64,000 nucleotides of DNA, taken from the NCBI GenBank assembly GCA_963727625.1, contig CAVSHR010000005.1:448001-512000 (forward strand), read 5' to 3'. The position numbers were made by a program, and so were the translations under genes. This stretch comes from an uncultured delta proteobacterium (lineage in GTDB: Bacteria; Desulfobacterota; Binatia; UBA9968). This document shows, one piece after another, positions 22,693-32,804 of the stretch. The notes beneath the pieces are model-generated. The model ran no database searches and was not told the origin of the DNA. It worked only from the letters and a program-made list of their open reading frames with translations. The first letter of the stretch is position 1. Each line of letters begins with the position of its first letter.

Positions 22693-24159
22693 TTAGCTTT
22701 TGTTCTCTTCCGGATCGTAACTACCGAGACAGCGGTCGACCAAGGCTTCCGCGGCCGCCCAATCGAAGGCGCGGAACTCACGGCCTTGAATCGCCGCCGG
22801 CTCGCCCGCGTAGAACATTTCGTATTGTAGATGGCGCGAGCCGAATTCCGAGCCGAGCGCGTCCCACAGAAGCTTTAAGATCTTCACCCGCTCGCGGCCG
22901 CTCGCTTTCGGCCAGCGCAAGTAGCGCTCGATGTCCGCCGAGGACCCGGGCGCAGTTAGCTCGCCGACCGTCGCCGGAAGCTGGATCAGGCTTCCGCCCA
23001 TCAGTCCGCGGAACTGGTTGAGCAGCATCGGATACATCGCCTGCTGAAACAGCTGACTGGCGTATAGTAGAGAATCCTTGGGACGCATCACGCCGAATTG
23101 GTCGGGCTCCGCCGCGGCCTCGGCGCCGAGGATCATTCCTTCCACCAGCGAGACGCGGCTAGCGAGATCGCCAAGCTGCGCGATGATGTCGCCGCTTGCC
23201 GAGCGGCCGCTCAAATTCATGCAGCGCTTTACCAGCCCGACGAGAAACTGCAGCTTGGCCCAGGAACGGATATGCGACTGGGTGTTGCCCAGCACATGCG
23301 CCGCGGTCACACTGAACTGACCGGTCGTGAGTCCAATATTTTTGTAGATAAAAACGTCTTCCCACGGCACCAAAACGTTGTCGAATATGACCAGCGAATC
23401 GGTTTCGTCGAAGCGGCTCGACAGCGGATAGTCGAATACACTGGTAGCTCCGAGCGCATAGGGCCGCCGCGGGTAAAGCTTCACGCCAGGCGCGCCGGTG
23501 GGCACCACGCAGGAAATCGCGTAGTCTTCGTCGCCGGGCTTGAGCGGCAAGATCACCGAAACGAATATGTAATCGGACATCAGCGAGCCCGTGCCGAGCA
23601 TCTGCGCGCCGCGAACGACGATGCCGCTGTCACGCTCCTCGGCGACGCCGGCGTAGAGATACGGCTCGGCCTGCTGATGTGCCGGCTTGGCGCGGTCCAC
23701 GGTGGGATGGACGATGACGTAGCTGACATAAAGATCTTCGTCAGCAGCCTTGGCGGCGAAACGAAAAAGGTTGTCGGCAAACTGCTGCCCGCCGCGCGCG
23801 AAGAATTCGGACGAGCCGGCGAAGCCGGCGAAAAACGAAGCGACATGATCGGGCGAGCGGCCGAGAAATCCGTAACTCGCATCCGCCCAGAATTTGATCG
23901 CGCGCCGGCGCGCCGCCAGATCTTCCCGTGTGCGCGGCACCAGCCAGGACTTATTGATCGGTCGGCCATCGCGCGGCGACAGGTAGGTCATCTGCTCGCG
24001 GTTGGCTGGATCGTGGGCGAGATCGTAGAGCTTCGCAACGGTGCGAACCCCGGCGGCGAAGGCCGGATGCTTCGTCACATCGGCCACGCGCTCGCCGCCG
24101 AGCAGCACCCTGCGGCCATCGCGCAGACCGCGCACATACTCACTGCCGCTCCGAGTCAT
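22693..24159 (-). CDS. 4-hydroxyphenylacetate 3-monooxygenase family oxygenase (HpaB-like)
   Basis: YVRGLRDGR, GRSPDH, YPLSSRFDETD, FGSRHLQYEMFYAG. Confidence 0.9.
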   Translation of the reverse strand: MTRSGSEYVRGLRDGRRVLLGGERVADVTKHPAFAAGVRTVAKLYDLAHDPANREQMTYLSPRDGRPINKSWLVPRTREDLAARRRAIKFWADASYGFLGRSPDHVASFFAGFAGSSEFFARGGQQFADNLFRFAAKAADEDLYVSYVIVHPTVDRAKPAHQQAEPYLYAGVAEERDSGIVVRGAQMLGTGSLMSDYIFVSVILPLKPGDEDYAISCVVPTGAPGVKLYPRRPYALGATSVFDYPLSSRFDETDSLVIFDNVLVPWEDVFIYKNIGLTTGQFSVTAAHVLGNTQSHIRSWAKLQFLVGLVKRCMNLSGRSASGDIIAQLGDLASRVSLVEGMILGAEAAAEPDQFGVMRPKDSLLYASQLFQQAMYPMLLNQFRGLMGGSLIQLPATVGELTAPGSSADIERYLRWPKASGRERVKILKLLWDALGSEFGSRHLQYEMFYAGEPAAIQGREFRAFDWAAAEALVDRCLGSYDPEENKS

Positions 24160-24381
24160 ACGAGCGTCTTATCCCGCAAAGATTCCGAGCAATCAAGTCT
24201 TTTAAGACGATTGAGAAAAAAACGATTGGGCTCGATCGGCGAGCCGCTTGCGAGCCGGCAAGCGGCGCTCTGCACGGCTGGGACGAGAGGTCGAAATATT
24301 GATTGGTGATCCAGACTTGAAGTTCGACAGTTCAGTGAAGCTGGTTTCTCTGAATTAGACAAAGCCGGTCAGGTTGTCGGT

Positions 24382-24738
24382 TCAGATCCTGACGGGCGCC
24401 AGCTTTGGTTTGGACACTTGATCAGTCCAATCTTCGGGCGCGGGCAACATCTTATGCCCGTGCCCTATGCTCCCGGAAAGAAAGTTGTAATCGCAGGCAT
24501 CACAGATCAGCGCCGAAAGCGGCAGTTGCCCCGCGCAGTTGGGGCACTTCTTTAGCGCCGGGACACCCAGTCTTTCAAACATTTGATCGGCCGCGTAATG
24601 ACCCTTCGAGCTGATTCTCGACACAAGGGATTTGAAAAAGCCTACACATTTCGTTTTCGCTGCCAGGATCGCTGAGAGTACGGAGACAGTAAGTGTGTCG
24701 AAATTTTTAGTTATCATACGCGCAGACTCGCTCGTCAC
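24382..24738 (-). CDS. Hypothetical protein with zinc ribbon
   Basis: CPNC-x10-CDAC; sigma54-like promoter upstream. Confidence 0.55.
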   Translation of the reverse strand: MTSESARMITKNFDTLTVSVLSAILAAKTKCVGFFKSLVSRISSKGHYAADQMFERLGVPALKKCPNCAGQLPLSALICDACDYNFLSGSIGHGHKMLPAPEDWTDQVSKPKLAPVRI

Positions 24739-24803
24739 TGCTGCCGCTACCTTCGAATAAGCTTAATCCTTTGGTTTCACGACCTTATTTATCATTTGCT
24801 TAA

Positions 24804-24819
24804 AGCAAGAAAAATGCCG
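24804..24819 (-). promoter_or_regulatory. Sigma-54 (-24/-12) promoter candidate
   Basis: Minus strand reads CGGCATTTTTCTTGCT (GG-N10-GC), about 65 bp upstream of the 24738 ORF. Confidence 0.6.
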
Positions 24820-25105
24820 TGCTAAAGTTTTCCTTATGGGCCTAAAAACGATATAAAAATGCACACATGCTCCGATCGATTCTTTTGCCAAACTGCCCCA
24901 ATTGCGCCCATGGATAGAAGAGCGGGTCTTTTCGCCCGTGCCACTGACCGATAGAGGAAATGGGGAAAACTTGTTATAGACGACGCAATCGGCGGGGAAA
25001 CAGTCGGTCGCAACCCAAGTTCAAGCGCCGACTGGCAAAACCCAATCGGGCTGCCCGCCGGCTCAGTGTCATTTGAAGACGGAGTGATCAACCAGGAGGA
25101 AAATC

Positions 25106-25921
25106 ATGGCGCAACATATTCACGGACCGCTTTACTACGAACGGATGGGACGCACCGGGCCGGTGATCGCGTTTGTTCATCCCAACCCGATGGATCAGTC
25201 ATGCTGGATTTTTCAGATGGCGCACCTGTCGACCTGGTACCGCTGCATCGCTATCGACATTCCCGGCTACGGGCGCTCGCCCAAGGCGGATGCCGGGCTG
25301 ACGATGGCCGACATGGCCCAGGCTTGTTGGGAAGCGATCGACGAAGCGGCCCCGGGCGAGCGCGCGATATTGGTCGGCTGTTCGGTGGGCTCCTCGCTGG
25401 CGCCGCACATGTACCACCAGCGCCCCAACCAAACCGCCGCCCTGGTGCTCTCGGGCACGGGCTACAACCCCAACAAGGAATTCACCAAGGGGCGGATCGA
25501 GAATTACACCACCAACGGCATAGACTATCGCTGGGCCTACACGTTCGAGGATTTGAGCGCGTCGTTTCGCACCACGCCGATGGCGCACTTCTTCGCCAAC
25601 CTTTTTACCGAGCGCAACCAGCACGCCGACGTGGAGACGATCATCCACCAGTTCAAAGCGCTGGCCCAGCCCTATCCCGAAGGCCATCACGAGCGCATCG
25701 CCTGCCCGACGATCATCCTGACCGGGAGCGAGGACAACAGCCATCAACGGGCCTTTGCGCTCCAAAAGCTCATACCGAAATGCGAGCTAAGAACCTTGCC
25801 CGGCGCCGGCCACGCCTGCCAGATCGAGCAGCCCTGGCTGTTCAACCGCTTCATGATCGAGTTTCTCGACAAGCACGGCCTGTTCCCGGGCGCCGCCAAA
25901 CCTGCGCGGACTATTGTCTAA
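25106..25921 (+). CDS. Alpha/beta fold hydrolase
   Basis: DIPGYGRS, GCSVG nucleophile elbow, GAGHACQIEQP; AGGAGG RBS. Confidence 0.88.
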   Translation: MAQHIHGPLYYERMGRTGPVIAFVHPNPMDQSCWIFQMAHLSTWYRCIAIDIPGYGRSPKADAGLTMADMAQACWEAIDEAAPGERAILVGCSVGSSLAPHMYHQRPNQTAALVLSGTGYNPNKEFTKGRIENYTTNGIDYRWAYTFEDLSASFRTTPMAHFFANLFTERNQHADVETIIHQFKALAQPYPEGHHERIACPTIILTGSEDNSHQRAFALQKLIPKCELRTLPGAGHACQIEQPWLFNRFMIEFLDKHGLFPGAAKPARTIV

Positions 25922-25964
25922 AATCCGGACCACCGTCGGCCCTTCAAAGCAATGATATAAGATT

Positions 25965-25987
25965 TTCCTATATCACTGATATAGGAA
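25965..25987. promoter_or_regulatory. Perfect AT-rich palindrome, operator-like
   Basis: ttcctatatca-c-tgatataggaa, about 130 bp upstream of the PLD gene. Confidence 0.55.
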
Positions 25988-26114
25988 TTTTATATTGGAC
26001 GCGCTGCTGAATTGGCGATAAAAATCGGAGTCGAAACGGTCGCGAGGGAACGGCGCGACGGGAACCACCAGGAAGGGTTTAGATAAGTTCCACGGAATGC
26101 ATGGGGAGACGGCC

Positions 26115-27836
26115 ATGGCAGGTGAATTTCAGGTCACGGGTCACAATAACGCCGCTTTATTCTCGCTCAAGCTTCACCGCGGTGACGGCATGGCCTTGGT
26201 CGCGATGAATTGGAAGAAAGGCAAACCGCCCGATGATTTCGTCGGCTTTGCGATCGAATACAGGGAGCCGGGCGGCGACAAGTTCTTTGCCTTGAAAAAC
26301 CGCCTTTCCTTCCCGGGACCGGGCGGCGCGGTGGACCCGAATCAGCTTTCGACGATGCGGTCGCCGATCCAAAAGTTCCGTTGGGTCCACTTCCCGCGCA
26401 ACGCCGAACTCCCCGGTGAGTTCGTCTACCGGGTCACGCCGGTCTTTATGAACGAGATGGACGAGCTGAGCCACGGCGAGCCCCAGCAAGCGGCGATCGA
26501 GCTGCGGCGCGAGACCTACCCGGGAAAGCTCAACGTCACCTTCACCCGCGGCTTCGTATCGTCGCAGGCGTTCGTGGATCGGTATGGATCGGAGGCTATT
26601 TCAACCCTCCTCCCTCGGAAGGCGGACCAAGGATTGGAGTTCGTTCCAACCCATCCCAAGACCAAGCAAGCGTTGGCATGGATGGGCTTCGAGGCGCGGA
26701 GCGCGATACTCGAAGTGCTCGATCTGGCAGTTGCCGACAAGAACGCTCAGGTCCGCGTGGTGGCCTATGATCTGAACGAACCCGATATTGTCTCGCGCCT
26801 CCAAAAGCTCGGCAAACGGCTAAAGATCATTATCGACGACGACGGCGCTCACGGAAAGCCGAAGTCGGGAGAGACAAAGGCCGCAAAGCTGCTTTCTGCC
26901 TCCGCTGGGGCGACGAATGTCAAACGGCAGCATATGGGCAAACTACAGCACAACAAGACCATTGTGGTTGACGGCCCGAAGGTAAAGGCCGCCGTGTGCG
27001 GCTCTACCAACTACTCCTGGCGCGGCTTTTTCGTGCAGAATAATAACGCCATCATTCTGCGCGGCAAGAACGCTGTTAAGATCTTCCGCGCGGGATTCGA
27101 CGATTACTGGGCGAACGACGCCGTGGTCGGCTTCGGCAAGACCGGCTCTGCGAACTGGAACAAACTCGGATTGGCCGGGATCGACGCGCAAATCGGGTTT
27201 TCTCCGCGGTTGAAGAAGAATGCGGTGTTGAAGGCAATCGCCGACGACATCGCTAAGAATACTCTCTCCAGCTTGTTCTTTTCACTCGCCTTTCTTTATC
27301 AGACCCCGGGTGCCATCCAGAACGCAGTGAAAAAAATCAAGACAGACGGCAAAATTTTCTCCTACGGCATTTCTGACCATAAGGTCAAAAAGCTTATTGG
27401 CGTCGCCCTGCAGAAGCCCAACGGCAAAGTCACACTGGTTCAACCGGCAGCGCTGAGAAAAAATGTTCCCGAGCCGTTCAAGTCAGAACCCACTGGTGGG
27501 GCTGGCACCCGGATGCATCACAAGTTCGTCGTCATTGATTTCGACAAGCCAACCGCGCGGGTCTACATGGGCTCTTACAACTTCTCTGCGGCAGCAGACA
27601 CCTCGAACGGGGAAAATCTGCTTCTCATCCGTGACCGCCGGATCGCGGTCTCTTACGTTGTCGAGGCGATAAGAATCTTCGACCACTACCATTTCCGCGT
27701 TGTTCAACAGGACGCGAAGAAGGTCAGGAAGAAGCTCCAATTAGCGAAGCCCCCGCGCAAGGCCGGCGAAAAACCCTGGTGGGCCGAGGACTTTACGAAT
27801 CCACGGAAAATTCTCGATCGAAAACTCTTCGCGTAG
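26115..27836 (+). CDS. Phospholipase D superfamily protein with two HKD motifs
   Basis: HNKTIVVD...GSTN and HHKFVVID...GSYN; GGGGAG RBS before ATG 26115. Confidence 0.88.
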   Translation: MAGEFQVTGHNNAALFSLKLHRGDGMALVAMNWKKGKPPDDFVGFAIEYREPGGDKFFALKNRLSFPGPGGAVDPNQLSTMRSPIQKFRWVHFPRNAELPGEFVYRVTPVFMNEMDELSHGEPQQAAIELRRETYPGKLNVTFTRGFVSSQAFVDRYGSEAISTLLPRKADQGLEFVPTHPKTKQALAWMGFEARSAILEVLDLAVADKNAQVRVVAYDLNEPDIVSRLQKLGKRLKIIIDDDGAHGKPKSGETKAAKLLSASAGATNVKRQHMGKLQHNKTIVVDGPKVKAAVCGSTNYSWRGFFVQNNNAIILRGKNAVKIFRAGFDDYWANDAVVGFGKTGSANWNKLGLAGIDAQIGFSPRLKKNAVLKAIADDIAKNTLSSLFFSLAFLYQTPGAIQNAVKKIKTDGKIFSYGISDHKVKKLIGVALQKPNGKVTLVQPAALRKNVPEPFKSEPTGGAGTRMHHKFVVIDFDKPTARVYMGSYNFSAAADTSNGENLLLIRDRRIAVSYVVEAIRIFDHYHFRVVQQDAKKVRKKLQLAKPPRKAGEKPWWAEDFTNPRKILDRKLFA

Positions 27837-27978
27837 GTAGTGGATGAGATTTATTGAAACTACTTTGACAATGACATGATTGGAATGGATCTATTCGCCC
27901 GCGCACCAACTTTGGCGCAAGTCGTCGTGGCCGAGTCGCTTGCGCAATCTATCCAGCCAGAACCTAGCTACCACCCGG

Positions 27979-28173
27979 AAATGCTCTCTGACCCCAATTA
28001 TTGTCTCTGAGAATGAAATTTAGCAAGGGACGTAACGAGGACGGATTGGTCTAATAAACGTTGCAGCTACAAGTGGAAGCGATAACGGGACGATGATGGC
28101 TGGGTGAAACGGACGGCCGACCAAAACAAACTGCAACGGTTTTAACCGAAAATGTTCTCTGACCCCGATTTTT
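27979..28173 (+). mobile_element. Two REP-like motifs (aaatg(c/t)tctctgacccc) enclosing a degenerate RAYT-like transposase tail
   Basis: Direct repeats at 27979 and 28150; 28061-28162 translates LQLQVEAITGR*WLGETDGRPK...ENVL*, with the stop inside the motif. Confidence 0.5.
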
Positions 28174-28189
28174 CGCCGATTTTTCAGGC

Positions 28190-28547
28190 GCCTACGGGAC
28201 TTGCCGGCAGCGTCGGCAACCGCATGCATCACAAGTTCGTCGTCATCGATTTCGACAAGCCGAGCGCGCGGGTTTATCTCGGCTCGTACAACTTCTCCTC
28301 GCCAGCGGATATCAAAAACGGAGAAAACCTGCTTCTCATCCGCGACCGCCGGATCGCAGTCTCCTACACCATCGAAGCGTTGCGCCTCTTCGACCACTAC
28401 CACTTTCGCGTCATTCAAGAAGAGGCCAAGAAAGTCAAAAAGAAACTCACCCTCGCCAAGCCCGCGCGAAATCCGGGCGAAGTGCCCTGGTGGGCCGAGA
28501 ACTTTACTGATCCGCGGAAATTTTTCGATCGTACACTGTTCGCGTAG
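28190..28547 (+). pseudogene. Diverged 3' fragment of a second PLD gene
   Basis: RMHHKFVVIDFDKP...WWAE.FT.PRK..DR.LFA* parallels about 27505-27836; 5' part absent. Confidence 0.85.
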
Positions 28548-28641
28548 ATCATGGATCGAAGTTTATTGTAGCGGTTTTGACGAAGTCACGAATAGAAACG
28601 TCACTACTGGCGTCGCCTCTTGCCTTGCGACAATGTGTGAC

Positions 28642-28657
28642 TGCAAGACCTGACCCG
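28642..28657 (+). repeat. REP-like motif tgcaagacctgacccg
   Basis: Same ctgaccc core and orientation as the 27979/28150 motifs; next to the DUF2290 stop. Confidence 0.45.
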
Positions 28658-28670
28658 AAATCCTCTCCCG

Positions 28671-29336
28671 CTACTCGCCGCACACAACATGTGGAATTTT
28701 CCGTTCGTTAGCCGTGATTGTTTTCGCGAAGGTCAAGGTGCTCGTTGGAATTTTTTCAGAGAATTTGCGGAACACTGTGTTGTAGAAGTTTCTTAAAATG
28801 AAACCTCCGAACGCGAGCGGACTAAGCGGGGAACAGACGGGTATTCGGCAATTCTCATACTGGCCAAGCGTTAAGTGGGAATATGGGTGATGAACATCCA
28901 CGAACTTCGCCGGGTCAGCACTGTAATCGAAACGTACAGGGAAAGCAACGATATTTCTAGCGCTGACATCCGCGTAAATCTCATCTTCTAAATAAGTTTC
29001 GGGGTCATTCTGAAAATGCTCAAGGTCAGGCGACGGGAAATATGAAAGTGAATGCTCGTTTATTATTCCACCTCGAAACCGGTAGCGGAGGGAAATCAAC
29101 GCTCCATCAAGCATCTTGAAATTAAAGCACCGTGCTTTCTCCAGCTCACGATAGATTTCGCGGTATGCCACATTCTTTAATGCGACGCTCATTCCTGCGG
29201 CGTTACTCACGGTAATCTCGAATGCCGCATTGCTACGACCGCGCGTCGCTGGAAAATTTTGTTCATTCGAAAGGCTTAATCCAACGATCGCTTCCGTGAG
29301 ATCTTTGATTTGCTTAAGTGTTTGCTGAGGTGTCAT
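28671..29336 (-). CDS. DUF2290 domain protein (partner in the Helicase-DUF2290 defence pair)
   Basis: LDGALI, YFPSP, PVRFDY, HPYSHLTLGQYENCRIPV, FILRNFY; start overlaps the helicase stop. Confidence 0.85.
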   Translation of the reverse strand: MTPQQTLKQIKDLTEAIVGLSLSNEQNFPATRGRSNAAFEITVSNAAGMSVALKNVAYREIYRELEKARCFNFKMLDGALISLRYRFRGGIINEHSLSYFPSPDLEHFQNDPETYLEDEIYADVSARNIVAFPVRFDYSADPAKFVDVHHPYSHLTLGQYENCRIPVCSPLSPLAFGGFILRNFYNTVFRKFSEKIPTSTLTFAKTITANERKIPHVVCGE

Positions 29337-30482
29337 TTACGCCGAGATTTGGATTTCTTAGCCAGAAATGTCTGAAGTTTCTTCACGAGATTTTCAGGGT
29401 AATCCTCTATAAAACTTTCACCCGATTCCAATGACGCGATAATGTCTGCAAAGTTGTTTCTCCTTTTCGCGCTTCGGTCTAGTTCCGCTTTCGACATATC
29501 ACGGTTTACGGTCTTCATTGTCTTACGCTCGGCCTCTGTCGGATAGCGGAAATGTAGCGCGAAATTCTCTGCCTTCGCCTTGTCGAATTCCTCCTTCAGA
29601 GCGGACATTGCCTTTCCAATCCCGAGAACCCGAACCCACGCTTTAGAGCGCGTAATCGCTGTAAAAAGACGGTTTCGGACGAGGGCAACATCCCGTGGCG
29701 AGAATGCACCAAAGCAGTCGTGAGCGTTGATCACGTAGACCATAGCCGCCTCATTGCCTTTCGCTCGAAATATACCAGTGAAGGTAACCGTCCCCGGCTC
29801 AGTGAAAACATCGGCAATCGTCGTCACGCCAGCAAGATTCGAGTTTATCCCCATCTGCATCAGCGCCCGCCGCGCATCGCCGACTGCATCTTTCGTTTTA
29901 AGCGGATCGGGATTGATGACAACAATATCGTCTGGAATGAGCTCATCGTCGGTCAGATTCCGTTTGATCTCGGCTGCGAGCCATGCAGTTTGCGCCTCCG
30001 CCGTCTCGAAGATCTGGAACTGAATCAAATCTTCGATTGGCGAGTGCTTCTCGAGGAATTCCGGGCTGGATTTTGGTGTGCGACTGAGCCTAACGAGCTC
30101 ACCGTCCTCTATGTCTCCATTGTCCTCTTCATAACCAATATCGAACCAAAGGTTCTTGTTCTCGAAAATTTGGACAAGGCCCTTCTTGCGATAAATCCCA
30201 AATCCAAGAGCATGAGCCGTCGATAAAACTGGTCTGGAGTTGCGATAGCAAGTGTCAAGGATAATATCTTGCTTGGGTTTCCCTATTTCAGAGGGGTGAA
30301 TAATTACCCGTGGCGTTCCATCCGTGCTTTTGCCGAAGATTTCTTCGACCGGTGGAAGAGATCTATTCCCAAGATTCTGCAACTCGTCGTATGCATACAC
30401 TAGGCGTTTTGGATCCTTGAGATATTCGTAACAGAGTAACAAGAAATTCGGTGCAAAATCCTGCGCTTCATCAACTAGGATA

Positions 30483-31640
30483 TACATCCGCGTATAAATA
30501 AAGGGACATTATGGTTAACAAAAAGAGAGGAGAGATGGGCGGATCAGTTCTGGATAAGATTGCATTTCTCCGAAGACGCGGGCCAAGGTGGTGACGAGTT
30601 CGGCTTGGGTGGCAAAGTAGCGATTGTGGGTTCCGTTCTTTCGGGTGTATTGCCATAGTCGCTCGGTGGGGTTGAACTCCGGCGAGTAGGGTGGCAGTTG
30701 ATGCACCTCCAACCAGTGGCGGTTGGATCGGAACCAGTTCCAAACGCCGGCATCCTTGTGATACGAGGCGTTGTCTTGAATCAGAATCGCTCCACGGCGG
30801 CGGTAGTGGAGGGCCAGTTGATGGAGGAATGCCAAGTACGTGGAAGCATTGAAAACGGCATCTTGCTGGTAATGGAAGCGGGCCTGCCAGAGTTCGATGG
30901 CGGCGAGGATCTTGACGCTCTTACGCTCGCCAGTGACTGGGACCTGCGGCGGCCGGCCGATCCGACTCCAGGTGGCGTGCAGCGTGGAGTCCTGCCGGAA
31001 GCTCGCTTCGTCGGTGAAGATCAGCGCCCGGTTTTCTCTTTGGGCTTTTTTTTAAGGTTGGGATAGGTATGCCGGTGCCAGCGATCTTGCTGGCGAGCAT
31101 CGGCGCGCGCCAGCAGACGCCGGGGACGTTGCACGGAGAAGCCCAGACCATGGAGGAACTTGCGCACATGTCCGGGATGGTAAGTGACGCTGAACTCCTC
31201 TTCGATCACCCAAGCAATCATCGGCGAGGTCCACACTCCGCTGTCCAGTCCGTAGGCCACTGGGCCACTGTCGAGAATGTCGCCAAGTTGCTTTCGCTGC
31301 GGTTCGCTCAACTGCGGCGGACGCCCGGACCGATACCCCTCCAGAAGACCATCGACTCCGTATGCTTGATACCGCGACAACCACTCCGACACCTTGGAGC
31401 GCGGCGCTTTGAGAATCTCCGCCAACTCGCCGCTGGTCCGGCCTTCCGCATTCAACACCACGGCTTGCAGCCGCTTCGCCACCCGGTAAGCGCCAACTCG
31501 CTCTGCCTCCTTACTCAGGCGGACCAGCCGGCTAACGCTCTTGGGGTGCAACCGCAACAATCGAGCACGCATGGCATCTCCTCCTGTGAGGAGTATGCCA
31601 CAGAAAACATACTATGTCCCTTTATTTATACGCGGTAGTA
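30483..31640 (-). mobile_element. IS630-family insertion sequence (1158 bp)
   Basis: TIRs tac(at/ta)ccgcgtataaataaagggacat; TA duplicated at 30481-82 and 31641-42. Confidence 0.95.
30515..31572 (-). CDS. IS630 transposase, HTH ORF joined to DDE ORF by -1 frameshift
   Basis: A8 slippery run at 31046-31053 (CTT AAA AAA AAG); the -1 frame reads FTDEASF...QDNASYH...LPPYSPEFNPTE without stops. Confidence 0.9.
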
Positions 31641-32804
31641 TAGCATCGTATTTAAGCGCGAATTTTTTCACGCCCTGAAGGGCAATGTCGCATGCCGATT
31701 CAAACGCGTTGTCGGCGCCAAACCGATTTTTTGCCGTTGCAAAATCCAAATACTCGACGCCATGGTCACGGCAGAATTCGAAGTAGATGCCAGTACGACC
31801 TATTCCGCCGGGAGCACCCCAAGCATTTAATATTCGTATTTTGTCCCAGTCCGGCTCTTCGTTCGCCTGCTCAAGCACGAACGTCGTAATCAGGTTCTCG
31901 AACTGCCTTTTCAGTGACCGTGTGTTGAATGTCACGCCGATGAGCCAATCCCGGTGCTTTGCGTGCAAGTATGCGACCTTCAAAGCTAGGACGATTGTCT
32001 TACCGCATCCCGCGAGGCCGCGAATTCGTTGGACGCCTTCATACGTTTCGACCACCGCTGCGCTCTGCTGGCTGTCGAGGTTGGCTATCGAATCCTCCAG
32101 TGTCTTGACCTTGGCGCCTCGCGAATACTGCTTGCGGAGTTCACGTTTCTTGCGTCCGCGGCGAAGTGTAGAAATCGCCTGAATCACTGAAACCAGCGCA
32201 GAATAAAGGGCGGGGTTAAAGTCATCGAGTTCGTCGATAGTTGCAAGAAGGTTGTCAGCATTGCAAAGGAGATGGTCCTCGTCGCCGGTTGCATCGATTT
32301 GGTTCACCGCAGGAGCAAAGGTGAGCGTGTGAATGTCGACCAAGAGTTTACGCTTCTGAATCAGATTCTGGTGTTGAAGGAGCTTCGCCTGTAACTTATT
32401 GAAGCCCTCATCTTGGATTGCCGCGTAGTCCCGGAGGGTCTTGCCTTCAATAACACTAAACAATACGAGACCCTTTGACGGCGATACAAGCAGCGCGTCA
32501 ATCGGAAACGATCCTTCCGGTGTTCCTATGATCGGATAGCCAATGTAGAGCGTACCTTCGAGGTCCGCGTCTTCGCTTAGGATCTCAGCAAGCCGCTTAC
32601 TCGAAATCGGCTTGTCTGTGCTGCCCCATACTGTGTTAATCATGGCATTGATCGGAGTGTTTCTTGATTTCCAGATTGCCACTCAAAAGTTGAGGAAGCA
32701 ACGAGTCCCGCAGAGTGTTGGTCAAGTCCCACATTTTTACATTTTCTGCAAACACCACGACATGTACGCGATGATATTAACAATAGAAAAATAAAGAGAA
32801 AAAT

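Larger units (their letters stand above)
29333..32643 (-). pseudogene. SF1 (UvrD-like) helicase with N-terminal nuclease-like domain, interrupted by IS630
   Basis: GLAGCGKT Walker A; YDAI|LVDEAQD Walker B split by the IS; YRN, FRAKGNE, RNRLFTAITRSK. Confidence 0.9.

Noticed and set aside
27505-28547. PLD 3' duplication as a diversity-generating retroelement TR/VR pair
   Set aside because: Differences are not adenine-specific, are mostly at third positions, and no reverse transcriptase is present
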